Shown: positions 22,221 through 31,437 of the stretch, piece after piece
How the letters are laid out: each line of letters opens with the position of its first letter
How positions within the stretch are numbered: position 1 is the first letter of the stretch
From: Toensbergia leucococca
Taxonomy: Eukaryota
Direction of reading: 5' to 3'
Assembly (NCBI GenBank): GCA_022813965.1
Contig: JALDZS010000017.1
Span: forward strand, 186,001 to 217,437
Length of the DNA stretch: 31,437 bases
The notes under the pieces: model-generated
What the model was told of the DNA's origin: nothing
Databases searched by the model: none
Seen by the model: the letters and a program-made list of their open reading frames with translations, nothing else
Program-made: the position numbers and the translations under genes

Positions 22221-25200
22221 TCAATCGGTAGGAGGGGCAGATCGGAGTGGCAAACGCAGAGTCATGTCGGGGGTAGGAGCCTGATATTTCGAGACCAACG
22301 CCTCGACTTTGGGGATGAGATCCGGGATGCGGAAGGGTTTGGAGACGACGTCGTCCTAGGGAAGCTCATCGTCAGCCAAACAACAGCGTCGCCTGCATTT
22401 CTGATATTTTGAAAAGATGAAAAACAAAAAGGTCTGTCCGAAAAGTCAAGACGAAAAGGAAAAAGTTAGGACAAAAAGAAAACACTATACTACTCACCAT
22501 CCCAGACTTTAATGCCGCTTCAATCTGCGGACCCCTAGCATTCGCCGTTACGGCGATAATCGGCACATGCCTCACCACCTGTCCCTCAAGCTGCAACTCC
22601 CGGATGCGGCGCGCGCACGTCAAACCGTCCATGACAGGCATCTCTAAATCAAGAAGGATTAAGCTGATGTCGAGGCCGTTTGTTTCGTGACCGGCCCAGA
22701 AGCGCGATTGCTGGAGATGCTCGATGCATTCGCCGCCATGGTTGGCCACGTAGACAATCCAGCCAAGGTTGCGAAGCTGTTTTTGGAGGACACGCTGGTT
22801 GACGAGGTTGTCTTCTACAATGAGAATTTTGAAGATGGTGGCTGGTGGGGGGTTGAGGGGAGTGGTGGTTATGGTGGTTGAGGATTTGTTCGGAAGAATT
22901 TTGCGGGTCATGGAGATGGGAGTGTCTATGGATTGTTCCGGGGGGCGGGACTTGCGGGCTTGAATGTAGAAGAAGAACGTTGAACCTTTTCCGCTGACGG
23001 ATGAGACACCGATTTCGCCACCTTGCAGTTCGACGAGTTCGCGGGAAATGAAGAGACCTAGGCCTGAGCCGCCGTATTGGACGTGCGTCCTCGGACTAGC
23101 TTGGGAAAAGCGTTGGAAGAGTAGCTTCTTCTCATCCTCGTCGAGGCCACGACCGGTGTCTTGGACAGCGCAGTGGATGAAAACCTCATCGCCATCACCC
23201 CAGTCGGCATGATCAATGAGGTCCGTTCGTTTAGATCTCGTGGGGAAATATGATACATGAGCCTTCTCTTGCAATGAAGGCCTGTCACGGGTTGCTACTA
23301 AAGTTACAGTGACGGTCCGTTCAGGCTGCGTCGTTGTAAATTTGATTGCATTAGTCGTGAGGTTGATGAGAACCTGCAGAAGCCGCGATGGATCCAACCT
23401 AACCCAGTTCACGCCAAGTTCCTTCAAAGATGAGTCGACCTTGAGATGCATGTTTATACCTGCCTTTTGCACTTCGCTGTCAAACATCTTCAAGGCTCGC
23501 TGTACCACAGCGACTGGCTGTACATCGGTAGGTGTTACTAATAGAAGGGCCGAGTCGAGCTTTGAAAACGTAAGGATGTCGTCGACGATCCGTTTCTGAT
23601 GCTGTGCACAAAGAGTGATGGTCTGAGCGGCATCAATGTTACTGTCAAGAATATCTGCAGAAATCCGAGGACTAGGGCTCGATTGAAATGCGACAAGGGA
23701 GCTGGATATCTCGTCGGCGCTCTGGAGTATCGCGCTCAGGGGGTTGCGCATTTCGTGACTAGTCATGTCAATGAAATTCTCCTGCTGCCGTTTCATCTCA
23801 ACCGCTTCCTCCATCCTCTTCCTTTGTAGTCCCTCGACCCATTTCTGCTGGCTGATGTTTGTGATACTTCCAAAGATACATTTGAGATTGCCGTCGGCAT
23901 CTTTCTCTGGATATGCGCTGGCCAGAACCCAAGTATCACCCTTGTTTCCTCGACGTTCCCACGGTGCCTTGAACCGGAACTCAACATTTGCTGGTACTTT
24001 CTTCTCAATCACGTTGGACCACGTATCCTTCACCATTTCTCTGTCATCATCTTGAACGTAGTCCATCCATTTATTCGCACTGCCAGTCTCTCTCGGCACT
24101 CGCGATATCTCGTACCATGTATCGTTACAGAAAGTAATCAATCCTTCGGAATCTGCAATGAACATGCCGACGGGAGCAAATTCGGCCATGCGAGTGAACT
24201 TGGTCTCGCTTTCCACGGCTTCTTGCGTTCGAGCTGCCAGTTGCTCAGATAACTCGATCCGATCCAGGGCTGCCATTCGAGCAGCACGCTCTCCCCTTGC
24301 GATCTCCTCCTCAAAAAGAACGACAGACGCCATCGACGTTGCTAGTTGCCGATCAAGAAGCTGTACGAATAGACTATAGTCGTCGTCGTACGGCCTCCGA
24401 GGGTTGACGCCCATCACAAGGAATCCTAGTATCGAGTCGCCGCCTGTCGTAAGATGGATGGGACAGCAGACCACCGCTGTGCAAGGGTCACCAAATCCAC
24501 GCCATTTTATACCCTCGAGTAGACCCGCATCGAGGGTCCCATCTGCTGTTTGAAGAAGAACTGGTTTGTCATTCTTCATTGCATCTCGGAACACTTGCCC
24601 CCAGAAATCAGTACCCTCCTTGAGATCTATCTGCAATGGCGCTGCCTGATGGCCTTCTGGTACGCCAAGTGAGCCCTTAAGAAGACATTGTTTGGTTCCC
24701 AAACTGCTGTTAGACTGCATCGATGCTGCATCGCTCTCGATTCTGTCTGAGACAGAGTAAAGTAGGACGAAAGGAGTGTCATGATCGTTATAGTCGAGTC
24801 CTTTCAACACCGCGTCCCAAAAATCCTTAAGCTCTCGCGCAGCTGCTGTTGCCTCACCCACTTCCCGGAGCGTCAGCATGCGTCGTTCTGCAATCCTCCG
24901 TCTCGTCTTTTCGAATGCCGGATTATACAGCCCAACGACCGAGCCATCTTCACCTACTAGTGGGATCAAAGACCAAGAAAAGTAAGTTTCTTCTAGAAAT
25001 CCTGACCTCATAATCATTAGAGCATCATCTTCCTTCATCGTTGCATTTCCCGTTAATATGGCATTTGCAAAGACATCTTTGACGTCTTCCCAGATCTCTG
25101 ACCATGCATCTCGGTAAGATTGACCCATCATAACAGGATGTTTTCCGCCACAAAGCTCGATATAAGACTCATTGTAGATAGCAATGAGATCCGGTCCCCA

Positions 25201-26322
25201 GTACATTGCAGCAGCAAAAGGCGACGCCATTATCAGATTACACATGCCTCGAAGTTCAGATGGCCACTCTTCGATTGGTCCTAAACTAGTAGACGCCCAA
25301 TCGACAGAGCGTGCAAAGTACACATGGGGAGGTAGCGCTGGAGTCAAGGGTAGACGTGTCCAGTCAAAGAAACCCTGATCTGTAGGCGTCTGAAATCTAT
25401 CCACATGACACACGGAAGCTGCTCCATGAATAGCTTCGTTTGGACGAAAACCAAGCGGAGAAGGGAGAGGACTTTGACCCAATGCAGAGCCCGATATTTG
25501 ATGTGCTGTGATATCTGCAAGGTCATTGCCACCTGTTGCCTTTGATGAAGTTGAATACTCAACTTTGGAGAAAAGGCCGTTGTCCCAATGCTCGACATGC
25601 ACGCCTGGATATGAATGAACATTTTCAAAGTAATCTGAAGATTCACCCCCTAATACTTTGTCTTTATCTAGCTCAATACCAGCACAGCCTTGATTACTTT
25701 CGGCGATAATAATTGAAGAAGTTGGGATGCCAACAGATGTCAAATTTGAATTTAAACTAGCTGTTCTTGATTGAAAGGTTCCTTTAATTATACGCAATCG
25801 TTTTCGCAGGGTACAGCAAGTCCAGACAAGTCCTTCAAACACGAAAAAAGCGAGGGGCATACCAGGAGATTCATGGTTCTGAGTAAATCCAGTCAACCAA
25901 GACTTGAATTCGGTAAAAGCAGCCATAGGGACCGGTCCAGAGGAGTCCTGGCTGAACTTTCCTGCGACCGAGTCAAAAAGACCAATGTGTGATCTTAAGG
26001 AGGCATTGGCAAAAACTACCATGAGTTCACCAGGTTCAAGGTTGGCTTCGTCCCCTAAGTCTATTATGAAAGTAGGTCGCTCATCCTGATCTAGTAGTTC
26101 AATGACTCCGACCTGGTTCAGCAACTGGAGGCTAGATGACTGTCCCCCTTGTTCATGTATAGTAGCTCTTGATATGCTTGATCTGTCGATTGAACCACGT
26201 CTGCTCGATAAATTGCTTTTGCGTGATGGACCATTGCTGGCATCGAACGAACCTCGGGCCAGCTTCACCGTGATGACAGCACCATTTTGGTCCTTCTGAG
26301 CCTTCTGCCCGTTGCTCAACAT
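22221..26322 (-). CDS. PAS-containing hybrid sensor histidine kinase/response regulator (fungal group XI-like), 2 exons
   Basis: H-box DMTSHEMRNPL, N-box QVLINLTTNAIKFT, G1 VQDTGRG, G2 GGSGLGLFIS, receiver ILIVEDNLVNQ...LLDLEMPVMDG...IIAVTANA. Intron 22356-22497 supplies the conserved end GM|DDVVSKPF...PPTD*. First in-frame ATG is at 26322; the exact start is uncertain. Confidence 0.92.
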
Positions 26323-27328
26323 GGTGGTGGCCAATTTCTTTGTACTCGACAGGAAACGTGGAAGGCAAAGGGTGGGGCGGAAAGTTTCGTGGAAGGGCCT
26401 TCTTCGACGCCAAAGAGAAGAGGTTGAGCGAAGTCAAAGAAATTCTTAGATAAGAGCAATCGATGTCTCTTTCAAGGACTTTCAAGGAAATTAGAACTAT
26501 TCGTTATTCCAAGACAAGCTGTATTGGAGGCGTTACGAACGTGGGCAACTTGAAGACTTCCATAAAGAAAATTGGGAGCCTTCCTGGGATCAGAGTGAGG
26601 ATTGAAGAGCCGCAATAATTCAGCACGGTAACATGCAGCTGAAAGACGAGTATAAAGAGGGTTCGGAAGTCATGGGCGGCCTGGGCAAGCTGCAGGACAT
26701 GAGGTTAATGTTGATGGTTCAGTGATGGGTGGAAAGTGGAAAGGTCGTCGAGGCCGGTCATGGTGTACAGCGTGTGTTTGTGTAGGAGTACGGGGCGTTG
26801 CAGGTCAGTGGTATTGCGTAATGTGCATGGCTGTTGATGCTATTCAGATTTGCCGATGATGGCGACATGGCTTCACGATGCGCGTCTGGCTCGCTTGATG
26901 AAGATTTATACAGGCTAGCATAGCTAAATACGAGATAGATAACAAAGGGCCTCCGGAAATGCTACGAGTAAGGTACCCTGACTCCATGATCCTTTCATCT
27001 TTCATTTGATCAGACAATATCATCTTCATTGATCATTCATCTTTCAGTATCTAAGTAGCTATGCTTCACTCTGACTTCTATTACATCATTGATAAATTTG
27101 CTAGTGTTTTACAAGGAGTAAGATATGATGTCACTGATTGATAGAAATTAAAATAAGGTAACCATGTGTTTTAGTGAGCTTAAATCCTTAAATGCATATA
27201 CATTTGACCCCTTTTCTGTGTCATCAGTCTAATTTTAAACAACCGTCAACCCCTTTACCAAAAGTTTGCTCTCATGATCTATTGAAACCATGGAAAGCAC
27301 ATAGCAATTTTATGACATATCAACCCCA

Positions 27329-30300
27329 CTAGTATTCGCCCCCATAACCCCGCTGCTCCTGATACTCATCTGCTTGTCCATAACCACCATCTTCTCCAAT
27401 GTCTTCCTCCCTCTCAAACCTACCCTCTACGAATTTTTCATCCTCGCCGAATTCTTGCTCACCACGGTATCCGCTAAAGCTTGGTGCCTCGGATTCAAAT
27501 ATCTCACCCACGTACCGCCGTCCTTCTAGGTTTTGCTCGTCTTGAAAGCCGCCAGGAGTACCACTGGTCCCATATGTCGGGCGTGTCTCTTGATAACGGG
27601 GATATCCTTCATCATAAGCCGGTCGTACCTCTTCGTACACTGGGCGTCTTCCCTCGTACCGACTTTCACCCAGGTCGTAATTCTGTGGATGAGCACCGTA
27701 ATTCTGAACGTATTCTCGGTTGGGTTCGCCATAATCTTGTCTTTCATAGTACATCGTATTCCCAGATGTTTCTTCAGCGTCACGCCCACTTGACTGAGCG
27801 CGGTACAAGTATTCTTGACCTTCGTCACCTGAAATTGAGCCGTGCCTGTGATGCTTTTTCTTGTGCTTATGTTTCTTGTGCTCATCATCAGAGCTAGAGT
27901 CCGAGAAGTCCTTGTAGCCACCATGTCCTTCATGATGTTTTGATTCTTCAAATACTCTACCATCGGAATATCTACCTTCGTGACGAGTTTCCGACTCCCA
28001 ATTTCCTCCAGGCCTCTCGTAACGTGTTTCGGTAGTCTCTTCGAACCCACCTCCAAAGGTTGGCCTAGACTCACGAATGATCTGCTCGCCGAAACCGGTC
28101 ATGCCAAACTGGCCATCCTGCTCGTATCTCTGGTATTCCTGACGTTTTCCACCTTCAGCAAAATTTGTCTGGCTATACTCAGCTTGACCATATCTTTGTT
28201 GTTGTGGTCCACTGTAACCTGTCTCTGTAAAAGACTGAGTGTATGATCCGTCTGCCTCGTATTTTTGCCTTTGATAGCCCTGCTTTTGTTGGCCTTCGAA
28301 GGTACCCCCGAGAAGGTCTCCTCCTATATTACCCATCAGTCCACCGACTACACTACCAATTGCCCCCCCACCAACCACCTCACCAGCAAGCTTGCTAAAA
28401 CTAGGGGAGGATACGCCAGCACTTGGTCGTCCACCGCTGCTAGCTAAGCTAGCGTCATACTCAGATTCTCCAGCGAGAGCAGATGTTATGCTGCCCAGTA
28501 TTGCTCCAGCACCTGCTCCCCCAATGGTCCCAGAGTTCCTTGCAGACTTATTTGTAGGCATACCGAGGGGCTTCCCGCACCCATGCCCACTGTCTTCACC
28601 GCCCACATGATTCCGTCCTTGCTCGACACCTTCACGGCTTAGTTGGCCTCGCATGATCACACGCTCACGCTCGTCTTTCTGTCCCCACCATTGCTGCATA
28701 ACAGCGAACATCAAACGCCGTCCATCCACTGCGCCGTCGTCTCCATGATCACGGAGCGCAGGGTGATGGAAAACTCCATTTATGATCCTGTTGAGTGTTC
28801 GTTCGACGTCAATTCGATCATTATCAAAGCAACCGATCAGCTGCGGTACGACCCACTTCAACACTTGGCTCGCTACTTTTCCCGCCGCTTCATTGAGTAT
28901 GTTCGAAAAGTGGTCCTTGGATAACATCGAATGTGTTGGATCGGATGATCGGTCATCACGAAAAACTATTAGCTGTTTCTCACGCGAGCTCTGTATGATC
29001 TCGGATGATCCAGTGGCAAGCTCTCTCTTCACCTGGTTGATGACAGGTAGAATAAAGGGGGCGAGCAAAGAAAACACAAAAATATTAATTTGATCTGCCA
29101 ATTTTCAGTCTTCCAGTTTTCACTCTGAAGTAAAACGAGTCTAACCTTGTACCTGCTCAATAAGATCTGGGAGAATCGGTATCTTTTCAATGAACTCAGT
29201 GATAGATTGCGTAATCTCGTCATGCCATTCAAGTATTGGATAAATCTGTTTTGAAACTTCTTGTAGTTGCTTTGCCCATACTTCAGGCTGTCTCGGGGTG
29301 ATATGGGTATTCTGTATCTGGGCTGCTTGAGCATTCATCTGTAGCTCATCAACCTTGCTAGCCTGATCTGTGCCTCCGAAGAGACCACTTGGAACTCGAC
29401 TCAATAGATCTTGTAGGATGCTGGTAGTCCCTTGGCTACTCTGGGCATACTCCATGGTCCCTTGAAGTTCTTGAATCTCAGATTGTGTAGCCTTGAAGGA
29501 ATCAGCCGAGAAGGAACGATATTGCATAAGATTCGTGGGGACTAGCCTTATCTGAAAATTCTCCCATCACAGAGTGCAGGAAGTCGACTCCACCGAAAGT
29601 GCCAGTAACAATTGGGTAAACCGGCTGCCGTGCGCCTGGGAGATGGACCCGAGTCTGACGGCCAACATGCGGGAAGACTTCACGCTCACCAAGCTCGATG
29701 AGGGCGAGCTCTGTATAATTAGAATGAGCTGAGTAGTCCTCAAGACAATGACATCCAGTTCCAATTAATCGGTAGGCCTCGAATAAGTCTGCTTTGTTGC
29801 CGCTTCGCGCATATTTTCTGCCAAGCTGGATACTTCGCCCAAAGAGATCACGAACGAGGCCTGCTGAGGTCGCTATGTTCATATTTTCAGTCGCAATGTA
29901 ATTCTTGAGACCTAGACATGTTTGAGCTAGATTTAAGGCTAGCCTAAAAGCTTCTGACCTGTCTGAGGATTGATTGACAGCTCCCTGCGCTCGTCCACAG
30001 GACCTCGGAGCCTCCTATCATATTGACGTGCGTCTAGATTGTCGGCATACTATATTGAAAACAATATTAGCTTACACGGAAAAGATATCTGAGAAGTCCA
30101 CACATCTTTCGGATTATCTAGTTTGATCTACTTAGCACTGATCGGAGAAGTCAGGTTTTTCGGCTGGTTTGAGGGATACCTATGTGTTCCTCTGGTCGAT
30201 AACATCCCAATCGATCCATAGTCACTTCGAATTCCTTTGTGGCATATCCGAAGCTCATGAATCCCAAGACCCAGATTAATAAGCGGATGGCTTCAGAAGA

Positions 30301-30694
30301 CACATATTTAACCGTGCCAACATCTACGGCCTGGCTGTAGTCTCTCAGCCAGTTTCCGAAGTATACTCTAGGTTCTGTTAACAAGACTACTTTATCCAAG
30401 AGTTTCTCGAAGTCTCTCATACCTCTTAACATCAAGCTTGCTAAACTTCTTCCCTCCAGCAGCGCGAGACATAAGTATATTAAGAAGAGTGTCCTCAATA
30501 TCGCCATGGCGCCAATTAACGCCTTCGATACTAGCAAGAGAGCCTAAGAGCATGTCAGTTAAAGTCCATAACCTGTAACCGAGTTCCTGCCTACCAATAT
30601 TGCCAGCTCCAAAGGCAGCGACTGGCGAGGAAAGAAATAGAAAAAAGGCCAAGCAGGATAACAGGAAGCCAGACGAGGTGGTGAAAAGAGCCAT
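27329..30694 (-). CDS. het-C: HET-C family protein (het-C/TinC-like) with Gly-rich low-complexity C-terminus, 8 exons
   Basis: Hydrophobic leader then AFGAGNI, NWRHGDIED, RVYFGNWLRDYSQAVDVG, LGCYRPEEHIDNPKDYAD, HCLEDYSAHSNYTEL, VTGTFGGVDFLHSV, DPTHSMLSKDHF. Introns 30544-30594, 30368-30422, 30118-30179, 30050-30103, 29912-29959, 29492-29546 (GC-AG) and 29096-29145. Confidence 0.92.
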
Positions 30695-31349
30695 AATGAG
30701 ATATCGCTTGATCTCTACTAAATCTTGGACATACGGTCAGGAAATGGGAGTGTAGAAGAGTAAAGTCCAAGAGCACTTTAGTGAGTAGTAGTCTTGACAT
30801 AGAAATGTGTTGGCGGTGAGAAAATATGATCACTTTGCCAAGCAGTTGGTTTGCTTGGCGGATTCGCTGGAGCCTTCACAAACAGATAAATGATGCATAA
30901 ATGCATACAGATCTAGTACCTGTTGTCAACATTCATCAAAAATACAATATCAGGAAAGGAGTCTCGGCCTAAGAATAAGGTATTTACATTACGTTGATCT
31001 GCTAAGGTACTCATAGCACCATTCTATGAACCCGATGAGTCAGCTAGCTGTTCTGTGGACTTCATTCCTGACAACATCGATATCGGTAATGCCAAGATGA
31101 ATTAATAGTTCTAGACTGAACCGTACTTTATATCATAATGATGTTAATATTATGTCTGTTTCTATTCCGATATCTACACAGTCTCTCCGTACACGAATAT
31201 TCATTGTAGCACACAATTCAATCGTAGTGATATCAAAGATCTCGGCACTCCCCCTAACGGCAAAAGAAAGGGCATTCCGTTCTTGGTTCATAGGAGCGCG
31301 GAAGCTCAGGGGTATTCAGAATACATAGTATTGCTGCGTCAACGGTAAT

Positions 31350-31408
31350 TCAGTAGCTGGCTCTGCCTTGCAGATCATGCCATCGGCCTCGACCATCTGT
31401 AATAAATT
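31350..31408 (-). CDS. Possible terminal exon of an upstream minus-strand gene (unknown product)
   Basis: CTAAC branch site (31419-31415) followed by CAG acceptors at 31409 and 31397. One frame reads ...FITDGRGRWHDLQGRASY*. The frame cannot be fixed from this window. Confidence 0.35.
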
Positions 31409-31437
31409 CTGCATGTTAGTATATTGGGAAACACGTC

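Noticed and set aside
22372..22497. Hydrophobic C-terminal tail of the 1320-aa histidine kinase ORF
   Set aside because: It is translated intron; splicing 22356-22497 restores the conserved DDVVSKPF receiver end.
16978..26322. Secondary-metabolite cluster or Starship cargo
   Set aside because: No PKS, NRPS or terpene backbone gene, transporter, or tyrosine-recombinase captain in the window; neighbours look like ordinary conserved genes.
31036..31042. TGAGTCA (CpcA/Gcn4-type site) upstream of het-C
   Set aside because: A single 7-mer is expected by chance in a window of this size; no supporting context.
1..31437. tRNA, rRNA, snoRNA or riboswitch genes
   Set aside because: No convincing cloverleaf, rRNA similarity or well-formed C/D box pair seen by eye; an Infernal/tRNAscan run would be needed to exclude them.

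Overview
Eukaryotic, intron-containing DNA from a filamentous ascomycete (Pezizomycotina; inferred from gene content and short introns with CTRAC-type branch points). In order, the window holds: the 3' end of a WD40 gene (+); a 1.2-kb AT-rich tract with no CpG; a secreted GH31 alpha-glucosidase (-) with an AmyR/CCAAT/CreA-type promoter; a Kin4/KfsA-like Ser/Thr kinase (-); a senescence/spartin-domain protein (-) divergent from a short/branched-chain acyl-CoA dehydrogenase (+); a heme-less sulfite-oxidase-family enzyme (-) divergent from a 2OG-Fe(II) dioxygenase (+); a PAS-type hybrid histidine kinase (-); a HET-C/TinC-family gene (-); and possibly the last exon of another minus-strand gene. 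The strongest signals not shown by the ORF track are (1) a 1,281-bp non-autonomous DNA transposon with 44-bp TIRs and a 9-bp TSD (Mutator-like) inserted in the bidirectional promoter of the oxidase/dioxygenase pair, (2) three GC-AG introns among about 27 inferred introns, and (3) a repeat relic depleted of CpG rather than CpA. Exon structures were read by eye and family assignments rest on motif recognition; no database searches were run. I found no clear evidence of a wholly new multi-gene system.
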